A DNA stretch of 64,000 bases. Origin: Eledone cirrhosa (lineage: Eukaryota). Made by a program: the position numbers and the translations under genes. Shown here one piece after another: positions 41,164 to 54,184 of this stretch. How positions within the stretch are numbered: position 1 is the first letter of the stretch; every line of letters starts with the position of its first letter. The stretch lies in the NCBI GenBank assembly GCA_964016885.1, contig OZ024743.1, positions 126,108,001-126,172,000 of the forward strand, in the 5' to 3' direction. The notes under the pieces are model-generated. The model was not told where the DNA came from. It was given only the letters and a program-made list of their open reading frames with translations, and searched no databases.

Positions 41164-41589
41164 TGTCTTATCATTAATAAATGTATTTGATTACAATCTA
41201 CTTTCGCAAATATTTCCATTGCTTTTCTCGTCAATACACTGTCTTTTAATCAGATATGTTCTTCCTGTAGATTTCGGCTCCTGTGGGTTTTTTTAAAATT
41301 ATTCTTTTTTCACTTTCTAATCTAAGATAGAGGCTATCATATGGACTAGACAATTTGTATTAGTATATTAGAAATATTTATTGAACCAATCCTTCACTGA
41401 AATGTGCAGCAGACCATTTCCCTTCATATTGTTCCAGTTCATTCAGTTGAAAATGAATACCAGCAACAGCAGTAGTTGGGTGGTTAACTTTGTGATGGAC
41501 TGGCATCTTGTATGAGAATTTTGTACTCTCAATAAATAGCAACATAAAAACAATTCATGGGGTAGCTTGAGTTAATTGACGTGAATGAT

Positions 41590-41969
41590 TTCAGGTCCGG
41601 CCTTGCTGTAGTAGGTATGAGTAAGGGGATAAAGATGGAATAGACGCACCGTATGTCCTTCAGTAGACTAAACCCTATGCGTAAGATGGCGCTGCCACTA
41701 CCACTGGACATAGAAATATCATTCCTTAAAGCAAATCGGCCTAGTACTTCAAAAGTTAAAAGGAGCCTAGTATTTGTACAAAAAAAATCGATTTTTCGGC
41801 CCCAATATCGATTTTATCGATTTTTTTTTAAAATTTGTTTTTGTCCAAAACCTGCTCTGGCATATAAGCAATACATGTGCCAAATTTGGTTTAAATCGGC
41901 CTAGTACTTCAAAAGTTAAAAGGAGCCTAGTATTTGTACACAGACCGACTTGCTTTTATATATATAGAT
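41590..41969 (-). mobile_element. Probable non-autonomous Helitron-like element
   Basis: Minus-strand start A|TCTATATATATAAAAG; plus-strand tgtgccaaatttggtttaaatcgg motif; 48-bp internal direct repeat at 41733-41780 and 41893-41940; 3' CTAG end not found. Confidence 0.5.
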
Positions 41970-42599
41970 TAATCAGAATTATGAACAAAGAATTAATCAT
42001 AGTCAAGAAGCATTGAGGAAATTTTTAATTTTGAAAGTATGTTAGCTTAAAAAAAAACTTCTTTGTTGTAGGTTTTTAGACTTTGAAAATAGTCGAAGTT
42101 GAGCATATAAGTCCCTAGAGACATTTCTAGAAGCTTCACATGTCCAACGTTTTCGACTATTTTCATAGTTTAAAAACCTACACTGTAGTAGTTATTTTTT
42201 TCAGAGTCAGGATCTGCATGACTTGTCTACTTTTAATAGAAACCATTCTGACTGTATCTCAGGTTGGGGTCTATGGTTGTTCTTAACTGGTTGCAGATCA
42301 TCATCATATAGAGCTTTGCTGAGATATAGGTTAGGTTAATACCACAGCAGTTGTTGGTTTTAATAAAGAATCCAGATTTGAGAACAGGAAATATATTTGA
42401 AAGGAACCACTGTTATGGCTTATCTCTCTTTTTTCAGTGATGTGTTGTAGATGTCTAATAGAATGTCATCCAAGTCACAGTTCTTGAGAACCTCAAATGT
42501 TGAGAACCTCTTTGTCTAACATACTTTCAAAATTCAGAATTATGAAGTTTTGTTCAACCACAAGGTTTTATTCAAATAATCCTATTTCATTCCAGTGAA

Positions 42600-43900
42600 G
42601 AACACTAGCAGTTTTTTAGGCATCACCCTCATCATCCATCAACTACAACTTGCACTTACTCTCATGGTTTAGGAAGGACACCCATGGTTTATCCTCCAAT
42701 GGAGGCATTTCCAAATGGCTTGGTTGGTAGGCAATTCTGGTTGTTTCAGACAGTACTGAGACTAATGCAGCCATCTGAAGGGAGTTATTGCAAATGTTCT
42801 CATTGGCAACTTTCTGCATCCAGATAATGATGTAGATCACCCAAAGCTTCCAGGCAAGGCCACTATGTACCATGATGTATCTCTGTAAGACTTCCGTCAA
42901 TGATCCAGGCTACTTGTTTTGAGTGGCCTGTAGTTAGCTATGTTGCAACCTATGTATTCCGCCTTCTTGGCACTCAGTTTCTACTTTTGACAGAAGAGTT
43001 TGAGCATTGGTGATTTCATCTGTTAGCAAAGCAAATGTCACCAGTAAAGTCTAGATTAGTTAATGTCACCAAACTAATCCTCCTGAATTTCCTTTGTGTA
43101 ACAGTGAAGCCCAACTATTCATGGTTTCCATTCCAACTGCTTGCCAGAGAGCATAGAACCATGATGAAGATGAAAAGCATTGTAGGACCCCACTTTGCCC
43201 CTTAAACACTTAGGTTTCACTGCATAGTGTGATAATTTGTACTAGGGTATTGGTGTACATGACCTCAATGGCTTGAAGGATATAAGGTAGGATTCTGTAT
43301 GTATTCAAGATCTTGATTATTAAGGAAATGAATCATGCTTTCTTGAATTCAATAAATCTCAAGGCAGTGGGAAAGTTGTACTTTCTTACCATTTCTATCA
43401 TTCTTCAAAGTGTCAGAATCTGTATGATTGTTTTCTGCTTCTTTCAGAAACCATTCTGGCTGTTCTTAACTGGTTGCAAATCATCATATAGAATTTTGCT
43501 GAAATACAGGTTAGACTAATGCCATAGTATTGTTGGTCTCAGTAAAGAATCCAGATTTGGGAATAGGAATTACATCTGAAAGGAACCACTGCTGTGGCTT
43601 GTTGCTCTTCCTCAGTGATGTGTTGTAGATGTTTAATCGAATGTCATCCAGGTCACAGTTATTGAGCACCTCAAATTGGATCATTTCAAGCCCAGTTTAC
43701 TTTCCTTGTCTGAGAGAACTCTTTACTCTCTTCAGCTCAGTCATGGCGAAAATGCTGATATCAATGTTAATATTAGTAAAGATGGTGGGAATGTTATTGC
43801 ACTTATGATTGAAGGGTTCCCCTACAGGTTCTTGAAGTGTGTGAACATCTACGCCTAATCTTTAGAGGTCTTGCTATTTATTTGAACTTTCTTTTTCACT
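42600..43900 (-). mobile_element. Decayed LINE RT remnant (RTE-like, different family)
   Basis: Degenerate QNGF, ITNLDF.GDI..L and LAW motifs; many stops. Confidence 0.6.
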
Positions 43901-43982
43901 CCTTTTACCAGATGCCGAGCGTCAGGACACAGACAAATCTACCGAAACCCAACACAACTGGAAGTATATGATTAGTGTTATA

Positions 43983-44770
43983 ATTGTTTCAACTTTAGGC
44001 ACAAGACCTGCAATTATCCCAGTGCATTACTGGTACTTTATTTTATCGACCCTGTAAGGATGAAAGGCAAAGTTAACCTCGGTGGGATTTGAACTCAGAT
44101 CATAAAGGGACGTAACTATGCTGGAAAGCATGGCGTCCGACCCTCTACCGATACTGCTCCATTATTATGTGCTTCAAGACTAATAATTGTTTCTACTTTT
44201 GGCACAAGGCCAGCAATAACCCAGTGTATTACTGGTACTTTATTTTATTGACCCCATAAGGATGAAAGGCAAAGTTAACCTCGGCGGGATTTGAACTCAG
44301 AATGGCAAGGGCCATAACTCAATGTGACAAAGCATGGCGTTCGACCCTCTACCGATACTCCAAACCACCACCCTGACTAATAACAGCTGGAATATTGCTA
44401 TATTTCACCAGAACACTGTGGTCACTGGGATTTACACTCTCATCTACTCTTAACCTTTTTGACACCAATCTGGCCAGAATTGCCTTTGATTCTATGAAAT
44501 AAAACCACCAGTTTCAAAGGGTTCCTAATTAAATTAAAATCTTCCAACATAATTTTAATTCAGACTTATGTTTCATTACTATCAGAGTATAATTGTTTCT
44601 ACTTTTGGCATAAGGCTAACAATTATCCTAGTGCATTACTGGTACTTTATTTTATCGACCCCATAAGAATGAAAGGTAACGTCGACAGGCTTTGAACTCG
44701 GACCATAAAGGGATGTAACTCTATGCTGGAAAACATGGCGTCCGACCCTCTACCGATACTGCCAATCCAA
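43983..44770 (-). mobile_element. Cluster of three same-orientation young SINEs (43983-44160, 44187-44374, 44591-44770)
   Basis: Near-identical to 5248-5429; middle copy has TSD gactaataa. Confidence 0.9.
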
Positions 44771-45381
44771 GTGGTGTAATGGAATAATAAATCCCTCAAA
44801 ATTCTTCAATAATTAATTGAAATAAAGTATATGTAATTAGAAATATGATCACAAAAATGTTAAAGCTCAAATAGCTCTAAGAAGATTCATTTGGAATACT
44901 CAACTGTTGTTTCTTTCATGAAGAAAACCCTAGGGCACCAGTTACTATATTACTACAGAGTTGTGAAACTAACACTCCTGAGCGAAAGAGACCCTAAACC
45001 AGGTTTTGACAGCTGAGACAATTTGTGCAGTGCAACTTAACTATACTCCAGGTACATGTTTTAAGACAACTCTGTCTCAAATTTCTCAGTTATTCCCTTA
45101 CTATTGAAGGACTTTTAAAGATGGTGAGTTGGCAGAATTGTTAATGCACCTGACAAATATCTTTCAGTATTTGTTCTGGAACCTTACATTCTAAGTTCAA
45201 ATCCCACTTAGGACAACTTTCAAGATTTGTGAAATAAATATCAGTACAGGGTAGTGGATTGGTGGCATGGTTAGCATGTTTGATAAAATGCTTTGTGGTA
45301 TTTATTTTTGCTCTTTACTATAAATTGGTTTATTTAAGCTAGTTTCTTCAACAATGTATCGAGAAGACTATTCAGTTGTGC

Positions 45382-45411
<30 letters not shown>

Positions 45412-45416
<5 letters not shown>

Positions 45417-46930
45417 AAAATAACAGATTAAAGTTTAAGCAAGAATCGCTGCTTTCACCCTTAACGGGATCTTCTGAAACTAACAAAGTCAATCTGTAAA
45501 CGCAGAACTGGATATTTCAAAAAACGTTGCAACCGGAGGAAGACAGGAAGACGATACTTTGGTTCATGGTAACGTTCGCTATGCAAGGCTTCAACCTCTC
45601 TATACAGGTTGAGGCCAATCTCTCGGTCGTTAGTTACCTCGACGTTACCCTCAATTTATTGAATGGGTTGTATTACCCGTATAGAAAGCCGAATGATACA
45701 CTTAATTACATAAGTAAGCATTCTAACCATCCTGCCAGCATAACCAAGAACCTGGTAAGAAACGTTTCGTTGAAGCTTTCCCGTCTTTCCACCAACGAGC
45801 GCATTTTCAACGACCATTCCACTTATTACAATGAAGCTCTTGCTCGAAGTGGATTTGTCGATAAGGTAGCATATACAGAGTACGAAAATAGACCTAGAAG
45901 AAATAGATCCCGTCGCATTTGTTGGTTTAACCCACCATATAATATGGAGGTGGCCACACCATTAGCTAAGATCTTTCTTTCCCTTATTACGAAGCATTTT
46001 CCCCCTACACATAAATATAGTAAAATTTTTAATAGAAATACTATTAAAATGTCTTACTCTACGACTCCTAACCTTGCACATAACATCACAGCTTCAAATT
46101 TAGCTAAACTACCTAGCCGTAGGAACACGTGCAACCCTGTAGTTAGTACTAACTGTAATTGTAGGAATCGGGCTGATTGCCCCCTATCCGGGAAATGCCT
46201 CTCTAGTAACATTGTCTACAAATGTAAGGTTGTAACACCCACGTCCCGTAGGGCCTACATAGGGTTAACCGCCAATAGTTTCAAGCAGCGTCTTTACATG
46301 CATACCCATTCTTTTCGTTACCCTCTAAGAAGGAATATGACGTCACTTTCAGCTTATATCTGGAGTCTAAAAGACAACCACACCCAATATAAGTTACACT
46401 GGGAGATCCTAGCTAGGGCTAGATCGTATAACGGAAATAAAAGACCATGTGACCTCTGCGCCGCTGAGGCCCTGGAAATACTCTACGCTACAGACCACAT
46501 CTTAAACAAAAAATCTGAGGCAATTTCGGCTTGTAAACATAAATTGCACAAAACTTTCCTGTATTACAGCCCCACGTTATACCCTAACGGATAGCACGAT
46601 CTATACGTGGATATTTTACGTCTTGATGTGGGAGCTAAGTATATGTTTTGTTTATTCCTTTAGTTATTTGCATAGCGAACGTTACCACGAACCAAAGTAT
46701 CGTCTTCCTGTCTTCCTCCGGTTGCAACGTTTTTTGAAATATCCACTTCTGCGTTTACAGATTGACTTTGTTAGTTTCAGAAGATCCCGTTAAGGGTGAA
46801 AGCAGCGATTCTTTGCTTAAACTTTAATCTGTTATTTTAATAAATATTTGCTCTTCGGTTCTTATATATTTGATATATATTTTCCTTATCGAGCCCTCTT
46901 TGGATTTTAGTCTTCAATTTTATTATTATT
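45412..46930 (+). mobile_element. Penelope-like element (Naiad-type), 5'-truncated, with inverted pseudo-LTR piece at its 5' end
   Basis: ORF 45587-46594: YLDVTL, SNHP, WFNPPY, CNCRNRADCPLSGKC, GIY-YIG IVY..AYIG, CDLC..CKH; 45412-45586 is the reverse complement of 46668-46843. Confidence 0.92.
46773..46823 (+). ncRNA. Hammerhead-like motif with CAGAAGA core in PLE pseudo-LTR; copies at 3838-3888 (-), 9499-9549 (+, CACAAGA), 45432-45481 (-), 62881-62931 (+)
   Basis: agttt CAGAAGA t ccc gttaa ggg t GAAA gcag cgattct ttgc TT aaact, then AATAAA. Confidence 0.55.
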
Positions 46931-47095
46931 ACTATATATATATATATATATATACATATATATATGTATGCATATATGTACGTATCTATATATATATGTA
47001 TATATATATATGTATATATATATATATGTATGCATATATATATACGTATCTATATATATGTATGTATATATATGTATGCATATATATATACGTAT

Positions 47096-47134
<39 letters not shown>

Positions 47135-47450
47135 TATATATATACGTATCTATATATATGTATCTATATATATGTGTATATATATGTATCTATATATATG
47201 TATATATATGTATGTATATATATATGTATATATATGTATGTATATATATATGTATATATATATCCACCACCATCACCATCCACCACCATCATCAGCGATC
47301 AGGTCTTAAAGACAACTATAATATTCACCATTCACCACCAACACCACCATCACTGGCTCCATCCACCACCATCACCATCACTGACACCATCCACCACCAC
47401 CACCATCACCAACAATCAGGCCTTAAAAACAACTATAATAATAATACTAA
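46931..47450. repeat. Compound (TA)/(TATG) then (CAC/CAT)n simple repeats
   Basis: Direct reading. Confidence 0.95.
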
Positions 47451-47556
47451 ATAACTATTCTGTTCTTAGCATGGGGCAGCGATTGTCCCAGCGCATTGCT
47501 GGAATAGTCAACAGCTGACATGATTTTGATTTTGTATCAGTACTGACGGTAATATG

Positions 47557-47596
<40 letters not shown>

Positions 47597-47749
47597 GTGT
47601 GTGTGTGTGAGTGGATGTGTGTGTTTGCATGCATGAGTGTTGGTGTGTGAGGGGCGTGTGTGTTTGTAGTTTGTATGCATGAGTGTTGGTGTGTGTGTGC
47701 CGTGAGTGTCAATAAGTGGTTTTTTTTTTTATGACTATGCTGTAAAATG

Positions 47750-50700
47750 GAGGGGTAGAGAGAGTCCTTGAGTCTAGTAAGACATCCTCTCTAGTGCTGG
47801 TGGCACAAATAAAAGCACCCAGTCCATGCTGTAAAGTGGTGCTGGTGTTAGGAAGGGCATCCAACCAGTGTATCAATGTCAAAACGATTATTAGCACAGC
47901 AACAAGTATATAGGAACAACAAAATATGAAGACGTAGCATCTCAGAGTTGCAACACTTAATGTGGTACTCTCACAGGTAGATCTGCTGAAATAGCGGAGA
48001 TGCTGGAGAGAAGGCATGTGGATGTGTGCTGCGTGCAAGAGGTGAGATGGAGAGGTACCTCTGCGAGACTAGTCGCAGGCAAACATCTTAGCTATAAGCT
48101 ATTCTGGGTAGGTAAGGATGATGGGTTACGGGGAGTAGGCATTTTCCTGGCTGAGAGATGGATAAATAAGACAAGAGAGGTAGCTCGAGTTAGTAATCGA
48201 ATAATTAAGCTTAGATTAGTTGTAGGCAGGAGACTACTGACAATCATCTCTGCCTATACTCCCCAAGCAGGCTTAGGCAAAGAAGAGAAAGACTGCTTTT
48301 ACAAACAACCACAGAGGATGGAGACATCGTTATGCTAGCAAGGGTCATGTTGGACAGCTCCAGGATGGTTACACTGGGGTACATGGTGGGCACGGTTACG
48401 GCTCAAGAAATGAAGAAGGAGTGAGACTTCTTGAATTTTGTGATGCAAGTACACTGACTATTTGCAACACTAACTTCCAGAAACCTGCCAACCACCTAAT
48501 AACCAACAAATCTGGCAAGCACATAAGCCAGATTGACTTTTAACTAGTTAGGCAGCGGGACAGGCAGATAGTGTCTAATACCAAGGCATACCCTGGGGAA
48601 GAATATACTCCACAGCATAGGTGATATCTCAGTAAACAAGAGATGGAATGAGACATACAGGAAGGTGTGGAGAAGAAAGGTCTGGAAGTTAAAAGACCTT
48701 TCACTAAAATACAAATTTAGGAAAACCCTTCAAGATGTGTATATGACGAAAAAGGACGATTTAGAGATATATGACATAGATAATAACTGGAATTTCTTAG
48801 GTGATAACTTACTGCAGGCTACTGATGAAACTTGTGGCTGGAGCAAAGCTACAACCAGGCAGAGAGTGACCTGGTGGTGGAACAGCACAGTAGATAAGGC
48901 CATTAGAGACAACAGACTAGCATGGAAGGCTTGGAAAAAGGGTAGAAATAGAGAAGGATATACAGCCGCTAAGAGAGAAGCTAGACATCAGGTGTACTTA
49001 GCACGCAGCGAGGCTGAGAGTAGGAGGTTTGCCAGTGTTCTGCGACGGGAAGATCAGAGGCGTGCGGTGTTCCACATTGCAAGGCAGTGTGTCAATGCAA
49101 ATCAGGATGTTGTTGCAGATAAATGTGTCCGGAATGATGCCGGTGTACTTAGTGTCACGAAAGATCGGAAAAAGGAGGCCTGGAAATGTCATTATGAGAG
49201 ACTGATGAATGTGGAGAATGAATGGGAGAGAGAGAAATTACCCTCATTAGATCCGACAGAGGGACCAGCTATTGAGATTGACGAATATAGGGTCCAAGAG
49301 GCGATTAAGGAAATGAAAAATGGTAAGGCTGCTGGACCGTTGGGGATAGTTGCTGAGATGCTGAAGGCATCAGGGGGACGTAGGCACTAAATTGGTTGCA
49401 CGCATCATCAAACAGGCTATTTATGGTGGTGTCATACCCAAAGACTGGTGCAGCAGTATTCTCATAAATTGCTACAAAGGTAAAGGGGATGCTATGGAGA
49501 GGAGCAATTATAGGGGTATAAAACTGAAGGATATTAGCACAACTAATTAGAGAAAGGGTCAAACTAGATGATATGCAGTTTGGTTTTGTGCCTGGGAAGA
49601 GTACAACAGATGCCCTCTTCTTGGTGAGACAATTACAAGAGAGGTACTTAGAGAAAAATAAGCCACTATACTTAGCTTTTGTTGACCTAGAGAAGGCCTT
49701 TGATAGGGTACCCCGATCTGTCATCTGATGGTCCCTTAGGAAACTAGGTGTTGAGGAATGGCTTGTGAGGACAGTGAAAACTTTGTACAGAGGTACTGTC
49801 AGTAAAGTCAGGGTAGGAATAGAGTTTAGTGAGGAATTCCAGATACAAGTAGGAGTACATCAAGGTTCGGTCCTCAACCCGCTCTTGCTCATTATAGTCC
49901 TCCAAGCCATAACAGAGGAGTTTAAGACTGGCTGTCCATAGGAACTTCTCTATGCTGACGATCTGGTTCTTATAGCAGAATCAGTAGAGGAGCTAGAGAA
50001 TACATTCTGGCTATGGAAACAGGAGTTGGAAGCAAGAGGACTGAGAGTGAACCTAGCTAAGACAAAAGTGTTGACAAGTAGAACAGAGGACAAAACTCTG
50101 ATTCAGTCAGGGAAATGGCCATGTTCGATATGCAGAAAAGGAACTGGCATAAATTCTATAAAATGCACACATTGCAGATCCTGGGTACACAAGAGATGTA
50201 GTGGGATAGCAGGCAAATTAACAGGTAGGGAGTAATATGTATGCAGTTGATGTACAGTGAAATTAGACAGTAGAAGCCTCATTGATAGACACATTTTTCA
50301 AATGCAGGCGGGTGCTATAGAAGTGGTGGACAGCTTCCGGTACCTAGGACATAAGATTAGCATGGGAGGGGGGGGGGGGTCCGAGGTCATAGTATCTAGA
50401 ATAGGGACGGGTTGGAAGAAGTTTAGGGAGCTGCTGACGAAGAAGGATTTCTGTCTGCGTACGAAAGGCCGATTATGTGATGCCTGTGTGAGGAGTGCAA
50501 TGCTGCTTGGTAGAGAGACATGGCAGAAACTGCAGAGGATATGCGACGGCTGGAGAGAAATGAGGCAAGCATGCTCCGTTGGATGTGCAATGTCAATGTG
50601 CGTGAACGACCCAGCATGAATGTGTTGAGAGAGAAACTGTGTCTGAGAGGGATAGAATATAGTGTGCGAGAGAGGAGACTGAGGTGGTATGGACATGTGA

Positions 50701-50940
50701 TGTGCATGGAGGATGACCGATGGGTGAAGAAGTGCCAGGAAATGCCAGTTGAAGTAAGACGTGGTAGAGGTAGACCACAAAAAACATGGGTGGAGGTGGT
50801 GAGAACAGACCTCAGATCACTGAAGTTCACGGTGGAGATGACGAAGGACCGTGACAAGTGGAGAGATGCTGTGCTAAATAAGACCCGTCCCACCCTTTCA
50901 AGCAGTGAAAAGCGGACGTAAAATGATGATGATGATGATA
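47750..50940 (+). mobile_element. Full-length pseudogenised RTE LINE (second family)
   Basis: APE (VATLNV, CVQEVRW, SQIDF), TWWWN, RT (QFGF, DLEKAFD, YADD); frameshifts and stops; (GAT)n tail. Confidence 0.94.
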
Positions 50941-50951
50941 TATATATATAA

Positions 50952-51015
<64 letters not shown>

Positions 51016-51017
<2 letters not shown>

Positions 51018-54000
51018 AGATTATGTCTAAACTTGGCATTGAGAAAAAGACCGAACCATTCCTCCCAAGAACTCCGAGGATAAATCTCAAGGATCATAAA
51101 AAGTAACTTTCGAACGGAACTGACTGTTAGACTAATCGCCCCCTCTAAATCAGATCTGGTGGTTGTTAGTAAAGCCATCTTGGATAGAATTATCCCACAG
51201 ATTCGTTCTAATTGCTCTATTTCTAACTTAAATTTATGGATTGGTACATCTGAAGTAATTGGCTGGTTCAACAACCTGAATAAGAAAAACAAACGAAAAT
51301 TTATTCAATTTGATATTGCCAGCTACTATTCTTCTATTTCGCCTTCATTTCTCAACAACGCTCTATCTTTCGCATTTAAATATTCTAACATTACCACAGA
51401 CGAACTTTACATCATTCTCACCGCAAGAAAAACTATCTTTGAATTCAACAATGAATACTGGACTAGAGCCGATAGTTCCAACAATTTTGATATCACAATG
51501 GGTGCTTCCGATTCATCGCAATTGACTGATTTGATTGGTATTTTTATTTTGAATTCTTTAAATCGGAAAATTCCTCAACTTTGCGGTGGAATTTATCGTG
51601 ACGATGGCCTTTTTACTATCTTAAACTGCAACTTAGTTAATCTTAATATTATTAAGAACAATATACGTGATCTCTTTAAGCACCATAACCTTAAAATTGA
51701 ATTTGATAACAACGTCAAACTAGCTAACTTCTTGGATATATCCCTTAATCTTGACACTGGCCTATATTACTCTTACCATAAAAACAATGAGAATCTAAAT
51801 TATGTTAATTTTAAATCTAACCACCCCACTAACATTAAAAATGCTATAGTCAGTAATATTGAAAAAAGAATCTCAAATCTATCCTCTAATAAAGATATCT
51901 TCGACGCTAATGCCAATTACTATAATAATGCGCTTTCTAGAGCCGGTTATCCTGATAAAATTAAATACAGTAAGGAAAACAATCCTCGAAGGTCTTACAG
52001 TAAAATAATTAATTATGAATATTCCAATAACTTAAATAAAAGACCTAGATATAAAAATATAATTTGGTATAATGCTCCTTTTTCTATATCTATTAATAAT
52101 AATATTCCTAAACTATTATTTAGGGCCTTAGATAAATGCTTCCCTCCCTCACATATCTATAGTAAAATCTTTAACAAACATACAATTAAATTTTCTTATT
52201 CCACCACTTCCAACATCTCTAACATTATCTCTAAACACAACAATAAAATATTAAATAATAAATTACATCCTTCCAACACTGAGCGTCATAATAATAGCAG
52301 TAGTATACCCGACGTCATTGTTAACTCTAGGCTAGATTCTGTAAATTTAAATACGACGTCAAACGTAACTTCGTTGAATGTTCATAATACCAATCTAAAT
52401 CAGGAAACTATTGTTCCTATCGTAAATAACTTCTCCAATCCAACTCCTTCTATAAATAATACTAGGTCACTTGTTAATAACTCTGTTAATTTCTCTAATC
52501 GTAATTGCCCTATTAAAACTAAATGTCCTCTTAATAACCATTGTCTTGATAAAAACTTAGTCTATGAATGTAAGGTTATAACTGATACTAATTCTTTTAC
52601 CTATTTCGGTTCCACTTCCACTTCCTTCAAAGCTAGATTTTATAATCACAAATCGTCTTTTAGATACCAACTTAAAAGAACTAACACGGCACTCTCGGAA
52701 CTCATTTGGTCCTTGAAAAACAAAAATATTAACTATAACATCTCTTGGGGGAAGGTTTGTTCCGCCTTTCCTTACTTGAATTCTTCCCTATCCAGAACAT
52801 GTAATCTCTGCCTAGCCGAGAAATTTACCATTATATCTAATTTCAATTCTATAATAAATAGACGCACAGATTTATTTTCGCTCTGCTTGCATAAATCCCA
52901 TAAAACATTCCATAAAGTATACAGCTAATATCTCAATACCTTACTAGTTTAAAATCCTTTTTTCTCAAAGGCTTATATATCTTTTACAAATATACCCATC
53001 TTTCTGCCTTATTTCAGTATTATATATTATATAATACAATTTACTCATTCTATGTCATTCTTCTTTATCATTTTCCTTTCTTCCTTTTTTCTTTTCTAAT
53101 CTCTAATCTGTACTTTTTCTTCCCAACTACTTCTCAATTCATATTATTACTCACTACAACATTATCCATTCTTCCATCTTTCCTCATATTATTGGCCATA
53201 AAAACTATTTTTTTAATACATTATAATATTACCATTAGAAGTCCTTCGTTAGATTTTTTCTTCCTTAAATTTTTCTTATCACTTCTATCCTTTCATGTTC
53301 GTTTTAAACCTACTACTTATTTTTACTTTTACATATTACAATACATAAAAACAAACTTAAACCCTAACTAATTTCTTTTTAATATATTATAATATTACCA
53401 TTAGAAAATATTTCGTAAACATATATACTTTTTGATGTTAGATATTTGCTTCTTTAAACATTCTTTTTTCTTCTCTCCTTCCGCGCTCATTTTAAACATA
53501 CTATTTACGTATACATATTACAATACATAAAAACAAACTTAAACCCTAACTAATTCCTCTAAATTCATAACTCATTTATTCTTCTCCTTCTTTTCACATT
53601 ATATCCTTAATATCATTAATATTTTAATTTTAATAATACATATTAATAAATTCTTTTCTTCGCACATATTATTAAACCCTTCAATATACAAACCTTAATT
53701 TAATACTATTCTTAATTCCTTTTTCTTCATGCATAAACCTCATTAACTTTTAATTTCAAAATCTTTTAAATTATCTATTATCTTCCAACGGCTTTTTAAT
53801 TTCTCTCTGTGAGACAATATTTTTCTCAGTTGTAAGGGCTATCTCTCTCTCTCTATCACCCATTTCTCCTCCTCTCTCATCCTTCCTTCTTATACTCCTC
53901 CCCCACCATCCTTTACTCTTATTTCTTCCTCTTTCTTACCTTTTCCACACCCTCTGCTCACTTTTTCCCAATCTCATATATCCATCTTAATTTATTTTTC

Positions 54001-54170
54001 ATATGTTGATTTAAAACTTCACTGCTCACAAGTGTTTTTTAAGCTTCATATCATGTCTCCCTATTATATCCGATGAGAACGCAGATATCATCCCATGATG
54101 ATATTTGTTTTTGAAATGCGCATAATAAAATACTTGGAACTCTTTTAACCATCTTTTGATCTTATATTAT
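51016..54170 (+). mobile_element. Penelope-like element (Naiad-type): RT + GIY-YIG ORF and 1.2-kb 3' region ending in a hammerhead motif
   Basis: LKDHK (+1 frameshift in the A run near 51100), FDIASYYSSI, ITMGA, YRDDGL, SNHP, CPLNNHC, LVY..YFG, CNLC..CLH; (TA)n on both sides. Confidence 0.93.
54063..54131 (+). ncRNA. Type I hammerhead-like motif (CCGAUGA) at the 3' end of the 51-54 kb Penelope
   Basis: attatat CCGATGA gaac gcagatatcatc ccat gatgatatttgt tttt GAAA tgcgca TA ataaaat. Confidence 0.72.
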
Positions 54171-54184
54171 ATATATATATATAT

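Noticed and set aside
46870-47712. YIYI, HTHT and similar ORFs (also 30012-30319, 54458-56047, 63115-63363)
   Set aside because: Translations of microsatellites
50423-51292. 289-aa minus-strand ORF and other antisense ORFs over the LINEs
   Set aside because: Shadow frames of RTE and PLE coding sequence running through (TA)n
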